Below, piece by piece: positions 9,887 to 20,415 of a stretch of DNA of 64,000 nt. The DNA is from an uncultured Erysipelotrichaceae bacterium (lineage in GTDB: Bacteria; Bacillota_I; Bacilli_A; RFN20; CAG-826). Each line of letters opens with the position of its first letter. The first letter of the stretch is position 1. The notes beneath the pieces were generated by a model. The model did no database searches. It was not told the origin of the DNA and saw only the letters and a program-made list of their open reading frames with translations. The stretch covers positions 31,759 to 95,758 of the forward strand of contig CADCLU010000006.1 in NCBI GenBank assembly GCA_902802355.1. Reading direction: 5' to 3'. Made by a program: the position numbers and the translations under genes.

Positions 9887-10757
9887 GGATGCTGTCTCGT
9901 TGTTTTTGCAACATTTACAGGTAGAAAAAGGCGTTTCAAAAGCGACGATCGAGAATTACAAAGAAGACCTGAAGTTGTTTTTTGATTATTTCAAAGACAC
10001 TAACAATACCGACGATTTGATGATTCAACAGATTGCTGAGTTTATCCAAATACAAAGCGAAGATAATAAGGCTGCATCGACGATTTTGAGGCGTTACAGC
10101 TGTTTGAAAAATTTCTTTACATTTTTGGTTGGAGAAGGTGTGATCGACACCGATATCCCTGAGTTTGAGAAGCCTAAGAAAGATAAGAAACTCCCTTTGG
10201 TAGTCTCTAATGAGGATGTTGAGGCCCTGTTAGAGGCCCCAGACATGACCAAAGAAAGCGGTCAAAGGGATAGAGCGATGCTGGAAGTAATGTATGCAAC
10301 CGGGCTTCGTGTTAGCGAATTGATCAGTCTTCAGTTTAAGAACGTAGATTTTCCAAGCCAAGTCATTACCGTTTACGGTAAAGGGAACAAGCAAAGAAGC
10401 GTCCCGGTTTCATCGTTTGCATTGGATTATCTATCTAAATACATCAACGGCGTCAGAAAAAGGAATCCAGGCCATGCATCGAATTATTTATTCCTTAATA
10501 AACAAGGACATCCGGTCTCTAGAGTGTATTTCTTTAAACAAGTTAAGAATTATGCGGCCATGGCCGGAATAGATGACGCGATATCTCCGCACACTTTGAG
10601 ACATTGCTTTGCAACGCATTTATTAGAGAACGGCGCAGAGTTGAGAGCTGTGCAGGAAATGTTAGGACACAGTAAGATCTCGACAACGCAAGTCTATACG
10701 CAAGTTTCGACCAAGAGGATTATATCTGCCTATGACAGGTATAGCTCAAGGAAATAA
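9876..10757 (+). CDS. Tyrosine recombinase, XerC/XerD family
   Basis: 293 aa with an N-terminal SAM-like domain and the catalytic residues in context (ATGLRVSE, HTLRHCFATHLLENG, LGHSKISTTQVYT). Confidence 0.88.
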   Translation: MEIRDAVSLFLQHLQVEKGVSKATIENYKEDLKLFFDYFKDTNNTDDLMIQQIAEFIQIQSEDNKAASTILRRYSCLKNFFTFLVGEGVIDTDIPEFEKPKKDKKLPLVVSNEDVEALLEAPDMTKESGQRDRAMLEVMYATGLRVSELISLQFKNVDFPSQVITVYGKGNKQRSVPVSSFALDYLSKYINGVRKRNPGHASNYLFLNKQGHPVSRVYFFKQVKNYAAMAGIDDAISPHTLRHCFATHLLENGAELRAVQEMLGHSKISTTQVYTQVSTKRIISAYDRYSSRK

Positions 10758-10818
10758 TATGAACGCTAATTCATATTAAATAATTAATAAATACCTATTA
10801 ATAGAGAAGGGCAAAAGC

Positions 10819-10844
10819 AGGATTCAATAACTTGGATCCTTTTT
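10819..10844 (+). terminator. Rho-independent terminator after the Xer gene
   Basis: Stem AGGATTC / GGATCCT (7 bp including one G-U) with an 8-nt loop and a T-run. Confidence 0.65.
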
Positions 10845-11203
10845 GTATAGCTTAGTTGTTGTTATAGAGCCATCTATCGGTGTGGCAAAAGCGTTTTAGA
10901 TCTAAATAAGGTATCAGAAAACCCGTTAAAACAAGGTAAAAAAAGTAAGCGCTTACAAAAGATTACAATTTTAGTCAGCCAAAAAATCAATTAAGGAATT
11001 GCGTATTTTAATTCGGTATTTTGTGTGGGTTTTGAAGGCAGTAAAAACGCTCATTTGATTAGTAGTTTAGATTAAATTCTAAAAGTAATTAACTAGTAGT
11101 TTTGACTGATGTGTTAAAAACTCATTATTTAGGTGGATTAAATGGTTAATAGATTAATTATGTAATTTATAAAAACAAGCAAATACGCTTTTCCTATATA
11201 TTT

Positions 11204-11231
11204 AGTTAACATAAAGGCTATTATGCGAAGA
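11204..11231 (-). other. dif: dif-like Xer recombination site (TCTTCGCATAA-TAGCCT-TTATGTTAACT on the minus strand)
   Basis: The site has the 11-6-11 architecture. Its arms match E. coli dif (GGTGCGCATAA TGTATA TTATGTTAAAT) at 8/11 and 10/11 positions. The right arm matches the B. subtilis dif right arm TTATGTAAACT at 10/11. It lies in a noncoding AT-rich gap at the plus-to-minus gene orientation switch, 450 bp from the Xer gene. Confidence 0.7.
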
Positions 11232-11420
11232 TATAGTATTTTCGATGGTGGGACCCAAAGTAAGCATATCCTTACTGCAACAATTGTAAACGCTTTTTGT
11301 GCAAAAATTGTTAAATTACAATTTCCTTCCACCGCTTAATTTCATATAAAAATAGGCCTTCAAAAATCTAGAAATGCTTATAGTCAACAAAAACGCTATT
11401 TGTCCTTAAATGGAGCACTA

Positions 11421-11448
11421 AAAAAGCCACCGCTGGTCTTGCGATGGC
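11421..11448 (-). terminator. Rho-independent terminator after rsfS
   Basis: On the minus strand, the 8-bp stem GCCAUCGC / GCGGUGGC is followed by UUUUU. Confidence 0.75.
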
Positions 11449-11465
11449 CTTTAAGAAACCGATTT

Positions 11466-11795
11466 TTATCTCTTCTCTATTTTGAAGAGGTCTTCCAGGT
11501 TCATTTCTTGTCGTTTGGCGGCCGTGAATATATGAACGACGACTTCGCCGGCGTCCACTAACACCCAGCCTGACTCTGGCTGACCTTCAATTTGCCTTAA
11601 ATCATCTACTTTGTTCTGAAAGAACTCTTCCAATGAATCGGCATATGCCCCTGCTGCGCGCATGTTCGGGGCTGTAACTAGGATGTAATAGTCTGTGAAT
11701 GGCGTTCTATCCCTGACATCTACGATTGTGATGTCTTCTCCCTTTTTGTCTTCGAGTAATTCTTTGGTTTCTTTGATTAGTTTAGGATAAGCCAT
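11466..11795 (-). CDS. rsfS: Ribosomal silencing factor RsfS
   Basis: 109-aa RsfS/YqeL-like protein (KGEDITIVDV...TDYYILVTA). It is the last gene of the yqeG-to-rsfS operon. Confidence 0.88.
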   Translation of the reverse strand: MAYPKLIKETKELLEDKKGEDITIVDVRDRTPFTDYYILVTAPNMRAAGAYADSLEEFFQNKVDDLRQIEGQPESGWVLVDAGEVVVHIFTAAKRQEMNLEDLFKIEKR

Positions 11796-12928
11796 TAATT
11801 CATTCCTTCCTTTTTATCTAAAAAATATGAGTAGCTTTCTTCAGTTAATGGACAACTGTTGTTATGAGGCGTGTCCTTTGTTTTCTCTGCTAAATAGATC
11901 CTATTGGCGGCTAAGACATCCAAGAATCCCTGGTGATAGTCCTTTATGCAGCTCGCAATTAGGTCAGATGAGTCGTAACCTCTGCCAGGCTCAATTTTAT
12001 CCGCGCTATAGATTGTTTGCTCAAGAGGACCCATTTCTGCTCTTCCTGTGCAATGGTATGCAATTGAGTCGAGGATGTCTTTGTCCTTAATCCCGAATTC
12101 TCTTTCGGCCAAATAAGCTCCGACCCATTGGTGAAGAGCCCAATAAGGATACTCCGAATATTCTTCTGAATATTCCTTGGCCACAATATCTTTCGATTTA
12201 TCGTCTGGGATGTATTTGCCGATGTCATGAAGGATCGCAGCTTGATAGGTTTTTAACGGATCGAGGGCGTCTTGATTGTTTCTGGCGATATCCAAAGCAA
12301 CGTTCGCGACTCTGATGGAATGGTTAAGCCTCGTTTGCTTTAGATATTTGGACATTCCTTTTATAAAATAAAGACCATTAGCTTCAACGTAATGCCTGAT
12401 GTAATCCGGATAGTCGATCGATTTCATTTCGCGGATGTCCGTGCTCGATACTTCGTGTTCTTTGAAAGGCATTGGCTTCATATTGAAGCGCTTGATGATT
12501 TCTTCGTTCAATGGATAACCATGTCTTGGGACATAGTAGATTTGAGCGTTTGACGCGATGATATCTGGGTCTTTCCACTTGTTGAAGAGGTTTACTTGGT
12601 CCGCTCCGATGATGAAATAGAGCGTGTTGTATTCCTTTTTGAAATGAAGAATCGTGTCTACGCTGTAGGATGGCCCATCACCCGGAATGGTTATTTCATA
12701 ATCCGAGACAGAGAAACGCTTCTCCTTCTTGTTTAGCTCATCGCAAGCGATGTTAAGCATGGCAAGTCTATCTTTAGGGCTAGCGTCGTTATCTTTCCAT
12801 CTCGCGTTTTTGGCAGGAACGAACAAAAGAGGACAGCCAAGGTAATCAGATGCTGCCTTCGCTATTTCAACGTGTCCGTTATGGAGCGGATCGAAACTGC
12901 CGCCGTAAATGATAATCTTGCCGTTCAT
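11795..12928 (-). CDS. nadD: Fusion: nicotinate-nucleotide adenylyltransferase NadD + HD-domain YqeK (Ap4A hydrolase family)
   Basis: The N-terminus has GGSFDPLHNGHVEIA, the (H/T)xGH nucleotidyltransferase motif. The C-terminal half has the HD motif (RLNHSIRVA...ILHDIGK). The two form a single 377-aa ORF. Confidence 0.85.
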   Translation of the reverse strand: MNGKIIIYGGSFDPLHNGHVEIAKAASDYLGCPLLFVPAKNARWKDNDASPKDRLAMLNIACDELNKKEKRFSVSDYEITIPGDGPSYSVDTILHFKKEYNTLYFIIGADQVNLFNKWKDPDIIASNAQIYYVPRHGYPLNEEIIKRFNMKPMPFKEHEVSSTDIREMKSIDYPDYIRHYVEANGLYFIKGMSKYLKQTRLNHSIRVANVALDIARNNQDALDPLKTYQAAILHDIGKYIPDDKSKDIVAKEYSEEYSEYPYWALHQWVGAYLAEREFGIKDKDILDSIAYHCTGRAEMGPLEQTIYSADKIEPGRGYDSSDLIASCIKDYHQGFLDVLAANRIYLAEKTKDTPHNNSCPLTEESYSYFLDKKEGMN

Positions 12929-13221
12929 TTATGAGGAAGTGTAATCGTCTTGTTCTTTTTGCTTTCGCGGTAAAGGGTGATGATATGCCCTGTTTTGCCG
13001 ACAAAATGGGAATTGGTTCCCTTGCAAAGGGAGTCAGCGATCTCATCAAACGTCGATGAGGCCGTTTCCAAAACACGGACCTTAACGAGTTCGTGTGCCT
13101 CAAGGGCTTTATCTAAGACTTCTAAGATGCTTTGGTCGATGTCGCCTTTGCCAATGTTGAGTGATGGCTTCAAATGGTTGGCAAGGCCTTTAAGGTATGC
13201 ACGGTTTTTAGGAGAAAGCAT
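12925..13221 (-). CDS. yhbY: YhbY/CRS1-type RNA-binding protein (YqeI-like)
   Basis: 98 aa containing KGLANHLKPSLNIGKGDI...ELVKVRVLE. Confidence 0.85.
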   Translation of the reverse strand: MLSPKNRAYLKGLANHLKPSLNIGKGDIDQSILEVLDKALEAHELVKVRVLETASSTFDEIADSLCKGTNSHFVGKTGHIITLYRESKKNKTITLPHK

Positions 13222-14402
13222 TATTTCTTCTTTCCTTCTTTTTTCTTAATGATGATTTTCGCGCGTGACGCGTATGTGCCGATGTTCTTAGGAACATAGA
13301 CTCTGTAGATATCGCCTTTTTTGCCTTCGAAGGAAACCCAGCCAACGCCGGCGATACCGAGGTCTCTTGGTCCGTCTTCTTCTAATTCGAAGTCGAAGAC
13401 GTCAGCATCATTCTGACATTTGAACCAATCAACATATGGTTTAAGCGCTTTGTTCTTGATGTACTTCTGGAACAAGGCGGTCATATCGTTCTTTGGGGTT
13501 ATGCTCTTCAAAGCGACTTTCGGTGCGAAGTAGCAAGTGAATGAAGTTCTCTTCTTCTCAGAAGAAAGGCGAATTGGATCGATTCTTGCGATCCCACCGA
13601 TAAACAAGCTGCCGTTTAAGGCAACAACCTGCTTTCTAGAGACGATCTTGCTTGTAACAAGGATCTCTTTTGGTGGGTTTGGCTTTCCGAGGAAAGAGTT
13701 CTTAACGCCCGTACCAGGAGTGTCGTAAATGTAGGAATGGTCATCGAGAGGAATCTGCCACACTTCTAAAGAAGTGTTTTTGTATGCTCCGATCATGATT
13801 CCGCGATTGGAAGTGTTCTTGAACTGTCTGATGAAGCTGTTAAGGAAGGCGCTCTTGCCAGCTCCCTTGGCACCGATAACGAAAACGTTCTTGCCGTTAT
13901 GCTTCTTTTTAATCATGCCAGAGGCAAGAGTGACATCTGCTGAACTGTTGTAGTTCAAAAGAACAACATCAGTTGCCTTTGCTTTCTTAAAGCCTTCGGC
14001 TCTGAAACGGTGAGCGACATATTCTTTGGTGTGCTCGGCTTCGACTTCTTTCGGCATCAAATCCCATTTACTGGCGATGATGACGATTGGGAGATCTGTG
14101 ATCAAATCCAAGACATCCTTATTGAAGGAACATTCGAAAGAGATCAAATCAACGAGGTAGACGATTGTGGCGCCTTCTTTTTTGGCGTCTCTGAGCATGC
14201 TTAAGAATTCATCGGAAACATCAGCAACTGCAGGCGTGGCATTTGGATGGAGCTCCTCGTAGCACTCTTGGCAAAGAATCATCTGATTTGTGCGAACTGC
14301 AACCAAGGCTGATGGGTCGATATAGCCTTCTTTTTGTGGGTCTTTGTCCTGAAGGACTTTGCCACAGTGGTAACAACGGCGAACGGATGTGATGATGCTC
14401 AT
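13221..14402 (-). CDS. yqeH: Ribosome biogenesis GTPase YqeH (circularly permuted, N-terminal zinc finger)
   Basis: It has CYHCGK...CQEC and a permuted G domain (ASKWD...GAKGAGKSAF). I placed the start at the ATG at 14402, after SD GGGAGG. Confidence 0.88.
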   Translation of the reverse strand: MSIITSVRRCYHCGKVLQDKDPQKEGYIDPSALVAVRTNQMILCQECYEELHPNATPAVADVSDEFLSMLRDAKKEGATIVYLVDLISFECSFNKDVLDLITDLPIVIIASKWDLMPKEVEAEHTKEYVAHRFRAEGFKKAKATDVVLLNYNSSADVTLASGMIKKKHNGKNVFVIGAKGAGKSAFLNSFIRQFKNTSNRGIMIGAYKNTSLEVWQIPLDDHSYIYDTPGTGVKNSFLGKPNPPKEILVTSKIVSRKQVVALNGSLFIGGIARIDPIRLSSEKKRTSFTCYFAPKVALKSITPKNDMTALFQKYIKNKALKPYVDWFKCQNDADVFDFELEEDGPRDLGIAGVGWVSFEGKKGDIYRVYVPKNIGTYASRAKIIIKKKEGKKK

Positions 14403-14406
14403 CTTT

Positions 14407-14928
14407 CTACCTCCCAATTAAATTATAATTCTCAGAGAGAATCTTTTTGCTTTTCTTTTTTTCGAAAACGCGATTGAATCTAGTCCAAATGATATCTCCC
14501 TCGCTGATTGGCTCGGTGAGAATGGTCATGATTCCTGCTTTGTTCCCAGCCTTCACATCGGTAAGAACCTGATCTCCGATAAGAACGACTTCTTCTTTTT
14601 TGAACCCTTGTCTTTCGATTAGTTTCTTAAGGGGTCCGCTAAAAGGTTTCATCAATCCTGAAAAAACCGTGATACCTAGTTCTTTGCCGTAAAGTGAAAC
14701 ACGTTTTGAAGTGTTGTTGGAAGCAATATAGAAGTCGATTCCGGCCTCTTTGAGGTTTTTGACGAGTTCTTGGGTTCTTAGACTCGGGGTTTTGACCCTA
14801 TAGTCATCAAGAGTGTTGTCGAGATCGGAGAGAACCACCTTGATTCCGTGTTCAGCATAGAAAGACACTGGTATCTCGAAGATTGAGTTAGCGCGATATG
14901 TTGGGAACCAAATGGGTTTCTTTTTCAT
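14407..14928 (-). CDS. yqeG: HAD-family phosphatase YqeG
   Basis: 173 aa with DLDNTL and GDQVLTD HAD motifs. It is the first gene of the yqe operon. Confidence 0.85.
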   Translation of the reverse strand: MKKKPIWFPTYRANSIFEIPVSFYAEHGIKVVLSDLDNTLDDYRVKTPSLRTQELVKNLKEAGIDFYIASNNTSKRVSLYGKELGITVFSGLMKPFSGPLKKLIERQGFKKEEVVLIGDQVLTDVKAGNKAGIMTILTEPISEGDIIWTRFNRVFEKKKSKKILSENYNLIGR

Positions 14929-17564
14929 TATTCTTTCTTATCGTCCTCAAAATTTAGAATGTCGTCGAAGAGAGACATCTCTTCATAAACGACCGGGGCC
15001 TCCTCGGTCTTAGGCTCGGTCAGAATCTCTGGCTCTTCTTCAATTGGAGGGAGCTCAGGTTCGAATGATTGGATCGAATCGTCGAGGAGATAGGAATTCG
15101 AGTTGTCCCTAGAGACATAGTCGATGCGGTATTTGGCCGAGAACGAGTCTGGGCGCTTTGCGTACCTATCGGTTGGAGTCAAATAGAAGTCTGGGAAGGT
15201 GATGTCATAACGAGTTCCGTCGTTAAGCACCGCTTCTACGGTGTATGGAGGGACTTGACCGTTCGTCCTTGAGATATAGACGACGCGGTGCGGTTCCTTT
15301 TTGAACATATTGAAGAATGGGTTGGCCTTATGGAGCCTCTTTCCAAGGTTGATGTGATTGGTATCAAAGACTCTCGTTGACCCGCGGTCGGTGATAACGA
15401 GGATCTTGTTCTCTTTTTCGTCTTGGTTGAAAGCAAGAACGCCTGCTAAAGGCTTGCCACCGAAGGAACCGGCTTTCATGCCACGGCTTCTTGGGTTGCT
15501 GATGAAGATCTCATTTTCGTTATAGAAAGCAGCGCGGCCGTCTTCGCTTGTAATAAAGAGGTTGCTGTTACCGGTCGTGTAGGTGACACCGACGAGATAA
15601 TCGCCCTTCTCAAGCCTGATGGCTGGGATTGGCTTGCTGCGTCTGATAACTGGGAAGGAATCAAGACGGATTCTCTTAACGGAACCGTTCCTTGATAAGA
15701 GGATGACGAAGAGGTCATGCCTGAAATGACGGACCGCAAAGGCCGAGATAAGGTGATCGTTTGGAGCGAGGTTGACGAGGTTGTTAACGTGATATCCTTC
15801 GTCGTTCCATTTAGCTTCTTTGACCTCGTTCACTGGAATGTAGAGGTAATTACCCTGCTCTGTGAAAATGAGGATGAAATCGGTTGTCTCGCATTCGCCA
15901 TCAAAGATGAAGGAGTCGCCGGTCTTGATACCTGCTCTAGCACCGTTCTGTCCGCCAGATCCTTTCCAGGACTTGATGGATGAACGCTTGATGTATCCGT
16001 GTCTTGTAATAACGAGTTTGACTGTCTCTTTGGCGATGAGGTCGCGTTTATTGAGTGCGGTCGTGGTCTCTTCTTCTCTAATCTCAGTTAAACGTTCGCC
16101 GGAGTACTTCTTGGCGACTGCTTTAAGATTGTCGATGATGACGTCTTCGCGTTTGCTCTGATCGCTTAACAAGCCATTGAGGTAAGCGATGTCCTCATTG
16201 AGTTTAAGGTTCTCGTCCTCAAGGACTTTGATATCCGTGTGAGAAAGCTTATAAAGCGGCATCATGACAATAGCTTCGGCCTGAGGCTCTGTAAATCCGA
16301 ATTCCTTTTGGATATTGGCCTTGGAATCCGCTTTATCGTGGCTGGCTTTAATGACTTCCACGACTTGGTCAAGAATGCTGATGGCTTTGATAAGCCCTTC
16401 AACAATTTGGAGACGCAAAGTGTACTTATTTAAGAGGAAGTGACTCTTTCTGGTGATGACATCGAGCTGATGCTGGATGTAGCAATCACAATAGGAAAGA
16501 AGATCGAGTGTCTTTGGTTTGTCATCAACAATGGCCACTACTTGAGCGCTGAAAGAGGTCTTGAGCTGAGTCTTGTTCATAAGGTAAGCCAAGACAGCAT
16601 CAGGCTTGCAATCGTTCTTAAGGTCAACGCAGATACGGAGACCTTCTTTGTCGCTTTCGTCGCGGACTTCTAATATGCCTGGGATGGTTTTATCGTGGCA
16701 AATCTTATCGATGGACTTAACGAGCATCGATTTATTAACGTGGAACGGAATCTCAGAGATGATGATCTGGCTGGCGCCTTTTCCGTCAGTGACGATTTCG
16801 GCTTTGCCGCTGACGATAACTTTTCCACGGCCTTTCCTATAGATGTCCTCTAACCCGGTGGATTTGAAAATGATACCGCCAGTTGGGAAATCTGGGCCTG
16901 GAACGTATTTCAGGAGATCATCGACAAGACAATCTGGGTGTTTGATTCTGTGAACGATCGCTGATGTGATTTCGCGAAGGTTATGAGGCGGGATTGAGGT
17001 TGAGATACCGACAGCAATACCTTCAGAGCCGTTGGCGAGAAGGTTTGGGAATTGCGCTGGAAGGACTGTTGGTTCGAATAAGGTATCGTCGAACGTGAGT
17101 TCCATATCCACCGTATCTTTGTCGATATCGGCAATCAATTCGTTGGAAATGGCGCTTAATCTGGCTTCGGTATAACGATAGGCAGCTGCACTGTCTCCGT
17201 CCATGGAACCGTTGTTTCCTTGGAAATCGATCAAAGGATAGCGGACATTCCAGTCTTGGGACATATGAACCAAGGCATCGTATACGGAGGAGTCGCCATG
17301 TGGGTGATATTTACCTAAAACGTCACCAACGATACGAGCGCACTTCTTGGTTGGCTTATCGATTGTGTTTCCGGTGTTCCACATATCATAAACAATCCTG
17401 CGCTGAACCGGCTTCAAGCCGTCTCTAGCATCAGGGATTGCACGATCCTGGATTACGTCTTTGGCGTAAATAGCGAATTTATCGCCCATCAATTGGTCAA
17501 GAGGACCAAAAATGATGTTTTCCTGGATTATAGGTTGTTCAGTCTTCTTCTTGGCCATGATCAA
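14928..17564 (-). CDS. parC: DNA topoisomerase IV subunit A
   Basis: Type IIA subunit A with [10 protein letters not shown] (catalytic Tyr). It has KPVQRR, the ParC-type Q where GyrA has H. The GyrA-box position is degenerate. It lies next to dif and has an acidic C-terminal tail. Confidence 0.8.
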   Translation of the reverse strand: MIMAKKKTEQPIIQENIIFGPLDQLMGDKFAIYAKDVIQDRAIPDARDGLKPVQRRIVYDMWNTGNTIDKPTKKCARIVGDVLGKYHPHGDSSVYDALVHMSQDWNVRYPLIDFQGNNGSMDGDSAAAYRYTEARLSAISNELIADIDKDTVDMELTFDDTLFEPTVLPAQFPNLLANGSEGIAVGISTSIPPHNLREITSAIVHRIKHPDCLVDDLLKYVPGPDFPTGGIIFKSTGLEDIYRKGRGKVIVSGKAEIVTDGKGASQIIISEIPFHVNKSMLVKSIDKICHDKTIPGILEVRDESDKEGLRICVDLKNDCKPDAVLAYLMNKTQLKTSFSAQVVAIVDDKPKTLDLLSYCDCYIQHQLDVITRKSHFLLNKYTLRLQIVEGLIKAISILDQVVEVIKASHDKADSKANIQKEFGFTEPQAEAIVMMPLYKLSHTDIKVLEDENLKLNEDIAYLNGLLSDQSKREDVIIDNLKAVAKKYSGERLTEIREEETTTALNKRDLIAKETVKLVITRHGYIKRSSIKSWKGSGGQNGARAGIKTGDSFIFDGECETTDFILIFTEQGNYLYIPVNEVKEAKWNDEGYHVNNLVNLAPNDHLISAFAVRHFRHDLFVILLSRNGSVKRIRLDSFPVIRRSKPIPAIRLEKGDYLVGVTYTTGNSNLFITSEDGRAAFYNENEIFISNPRSRGMKAGSFGGKPLAGVLAFNQDEKENKILVITDRGSTRVFDTNHINLGKRLHKANPFFNMFKKEPHRVVYISRTNGQVPPYTVEAVLNDGTRYDITFPDFYLTPTDRYAKRPDSFSAKYRIDYVSRDNSNSYLLDDSIQSFEPELPPIEEEPEILTEPKTEEAPVVYEEMSLFDDILNFEDDKKE

Positions 17565-19492
17565 TTCTTCACTTCTTTAATAAATTCGTCTTTCTCGTTG
17601 AATGTGACATTCTCTTGGATCCAAGCCCAACGAGGAGCGCTGTCCTTGCCCATGAGCGTCTCAACGCGTTTCTCAGTGACGAGAGAATCATCAATCATCA
17701 CTCGGCAAAGCATACGGGTCTCTTTGTTCATTGTGGTAACGGCGAGTTCGTCTTCGTTCATTTCACCAAGACCTTTGTAACGATTGATGCCATAGCCGGC
17801 GCCAATCTTCTGTTTGGCTTTCTCGAGTTCTTCGTCGTTCCAGCAGAATATGTGTTTCTTTGTATCGCTCTTCTTATAAACGCGATAAAGAGGCGGCTGC
17901 GCGATATAAACCATGCCACGATCGATAAGAGGCTTCATGTAGTTATAGAAGAACGTAAGCAAAAGAATCTGGATGTGTGCACCATCGGTATCGGCATCGG
18001 TCATGATGATGATCTTGCCATAATGGCTGGCATCCGGATTGAACTCGTCGCCAAAACCAGCACCAATAGTCTGGATTAAGGTCGAGAACTCAAGGTTATC
18101 GATGATTTCCTGATTGGAAACGTTATGCGTGTTCAAAGGTTTGCCACGGAGTGGAAGGATGGCCTGATGACTTCTGTCGCGGCCTTTCTTGGCGGTTCCG
18201 CCTGCGGAATCACCCTCAACGATGAATAGTTCGTTGTTCTTATAGTCTTTGCTCTGAGCGCTGGCGAGTTTGTCGCTGATGATCATCTCGGCGACTTTCT
18301 TCTTGGTTCCCCTAGCGGCTTCACGGGCTTTGCGAGCTGCCTCGCGGGCTTCCTTGGCTTGGTTGCACTTCTTAATAAGCGCCACCGCAAAATCTTTATT
18401 CTCGGTGAGGAAGTAAGGCATAAAATTCGATAAAGCGTTGCTGACAACAGCTGTTGCTTCTGGCGTGCCTAACTTGCCTTTGGTTTGGCCTTCGTATTCG
18501 AGTTTGTTCTCTGGGACTTTAACGGAGATGATCGCAGTTAAGCCTTCACGGATATCACTGCCATCGATTGACTGGTTGCCTCTGATAAGTTCATTATCTC
18601 TGGCCCAATCGTTAAGAATTTTGGTTAAAGCGCCTTTGAAACCGATTTCGTGAGTACCACCATCGGCAGTCTTAACGTTGTTAGCGTAGCTGATGATATT
18701 CTCACCATAGTCGCCGACACACCATCTCATGGCGATCTCGACTTGGATTGGATTCGAAGTATCGACCAAATCAATAACGTCCGCCATAGGGGTTTTATCG
18801 ATAGTTAAGGTTTGGACGTATTCGCGTAAACCATGCTCTGTGCAGTAGTCATGGGTATTTCCGCTAGCTTGATCTTTGATGATGAAATGAACGCCATTCA
18901 AAAGATAACTCTTTTCCTCTAGCCTAGAGGCGATCGTCTCATAGTTGAATTTGGTATTAGGGAAAATGGATGGATCCGGTTTGAAATGAACGGTTGTTCC
19001 ATGCTTGTTCGTAGAACCGATCACATGGAGAGGCGTGATTAAATGTCCGCCGTTCGCAAAAGCGATGTGATTGATCTCGCCATCACGGTAGACAGTAACC
19101 TCAAGGAATTCGCATAACGCGTTCGTAACGGTAGCGCCTACGCCATGAAGACCGGCGCTGGTCTTATAGTTCTTGCTGTTGAACTTGCCACCACTGTGGA
19201 GGGTCGTATAAAGAAGCTGAACGGCTGGGAGGCCGGATTCCTTATGAATATCACATGGAACGCCACGACCTTCGTCTTCGACGGTTAAAGATCCGTCTCT
19301 CATAAGGGTGACGGTAATCTTCTTGCCAAAGCCGTTGACTGCTTCGTCAACTGCGTTATCTATGATTTCCCAAGCGATATGGTGTAGTCCGTTTAAGTTG
19401 GTGGAACCGATGTACATGCCAGGACGTTTTCTGACACCCTCAAGTTCCGATAATAGTTCAATGTCGTTAGCTGTGTATTTCTCGTCGGCCAT
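17561..19492 (-). CDS. parE: DNA topoisomerase IV subunit B
   Basis: GHKL ATPase plus Toprim domains ([22 protein letters not shown]). It is coupled to parC by an ATGA overlap. The ParE versus GyrB call rests on the partner gene and location. Confidence 0.75.
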   Translation of the reverse strand: MADEKYTANDIELLSELEGVRKRPGMYIGSTNLNGLHHIAWEIIDNAVDEAVNGFGKKITVTLMRDGSLTVEDEGRGVPCDIHKESGLPAVQLLYTTLHSGGKFNSKNYKTSAGLHGVGATVTNALCEFLEVTVYRDGEINHIAFANGGHLITPLHVIGSTNKHGTTVHFKPDPSIFPNTKFNYETIASRLEEKSYLLNGVHFIIKDQASGNTHDYCTEHGLREYVQTLTIDKTPMADVIDLVDTSNPIQVEIAMRWCVGDYGENIISYANNVKTADGGTHEIGFKGALTKILNDWARDNELIRGNQSIDGSDIREGLTAIISVKVPENKLEYEGQTKGKLGTPEATAVVSNALSNFMPYFLTENKDFAVALIKKCNQAKEAREAARKAREAARGTKKKVAEMIISDKLASAQSKDYKNNELFIVEGDSAGGTAKKGRDRSHQAILPLRGKPLNTHNVSNQEIIDNLEFSTLIQTIGAGFGDEFNPDASHYGKIIIMTDADTDGAHIQILLLTFFYNYMKPLIDRGMVYIAQPPLYRVYKKSDTKKHIFCWNDEELEKAKQKIGAGYGINRYKGLGEMNEDELAVTTMNKETRMLCRVMIDDSLVTEKRVETLMGKDSAPRWAWIQENVTFNEKDEFIKEVKN

Positions 19493-19610
19493 AAGTCTAA
19501 ATAATGCTGGAGTTATAACTACGTCTGTTGTAGTGTATTATAGCAAACTTGCTTTGAAAAAAGTAGGGCTATTATCAAAATAATAGGACCATTTTAAGAG
19601 AGATTGTATT

Positions 19611-20339
19611 GTGAACATTTTATTGAACATCGGCATTGCCCTTGCCTGCATAATTTGGGGTTTCCTAATCGGTAGCATTCCTACTGGCGTTATTGTCGGT
19701 AAAGTCTTTTTCGGAGTCGATCCACGCGACTATGGTTCACACAACTCCGGCGGAACTAACTCTGGCCGTGTTTTAGGCAAGAAAGTTGGCATCCTCGTCA
19801 TGGTCCTTGATATCGCCAAGACCGTTATTGCGTTCTGGACCATGTGGCTATTCCTTCACTTCGGTCCAATAAATCTTGGAGAGCTTTGGGACTACGGCGT
19901 TTTCTATAACTATCTAGTTTTCGCTGCCGCGGCCTTTGGCCACTGCTTCTCGCCATTCCTCAAATTCAAAGGTGGCAAAGCCGTTGCCTGTTTCATGGCT
20001 ATCTTCGGAGGATCAAGCTGGCTTGGTTTCATCATCAGCTTGGCTGTCTTCTTCATTATCTTCCTTGTTGTCTTCAAGAAGGTTATGTCGAAGGCGTCTC
20101 TTCTTTCAGGAGCCGTTCTTATCCTTATCAGCGGAATCTTCTGCTTGCTTAGGTTGATCCCAGGAGCCGATTCGGTCCTCAATATCTTCCTTTGGGACTT
20201 CGGCCTCGTTGGCGGCGTCTGCTTCGGATGGCAGATGATTGTTGTCGAGGTCGTTGTGTATACACTTCTTGTTATCCGTCACGCTTCCAATATCCAGCGC
20301 ATTAGGAAAGGCGAAGAAAAGCCTCTCGAATGGAAGTAG
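19611..20339 (+). CDS. plsY: Glycerol-3-phosphate acyltransferase PlsY
   Basis: GTG start. It is a polytopic membrane protein with GSIPTG...GSHNSGGTN. Confidence 0.88.
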   Translation: MNILLNIGIALACIIWGFLIGSIPTGVIVGKVFFGVDPRDYGSHNSGGTNSGRVLGKKVGILVMVLDIAKTVIAFWTMWLFLHFGPINLGELWDYGVFYNYLVFAAAAFGHCFSPFLKFKGGKAVACFMAIFGGSSWLGFIISLAVFFIIFLVVFKKVMSKASLLSGAVLILISGIFCLLRLIPGADSVLNIFLWDFGLVGGVCFGWQMIVVEVVVYTLLVIRHASNIQRIRKGEEKPLEWK

Positions 20340-20371
20340 TTAATTAGTAGATATTTAGTTTTATATCAAAT

Positions 20372-20405
20372 AAGTGTGTGGATTCCACTGCCACACACTT
20401 TTTTT
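20372..20405 (+). terminator. Rho-independent terminator after plsY
   Basis: 10-bp stem AAGTGTGTGG / CCACACACTT followed by a T-run. Confidence 0.8.
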
Positions 20406-20415
20406 CGATGATTAC

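Noticed and set aside
9876-10757. The tyrosine recombinase as a phage or ICE integrase marking a mobile element.
   Set aside because: Its size and motifs are XerC/D-like. It sits in an operon-like run after dinB. There are no flanking att-like direct repeats, phage genes or tRNA. A chromosomal dif-like site lies next to it.
11060-11102. 9-bp direct repeat TAGTAGTTT at 11060 and 11094 in the terminus gap, considered as possible Ter or protein-binding sites.
   Set aside because: It is too short and lies in very AT-rich DNA, so chance occurrence is plausible. It does not resemble the Bacillus RTP Ter consensus that I recall.
11138-11332. 64-aa hydrophobic ORF in the AT-rich gap.
   Set aside because: It has no SD, its composition is that of AT-rich noncoding DNA, and it overlaps the dif-like site. 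It is most likely spurious.
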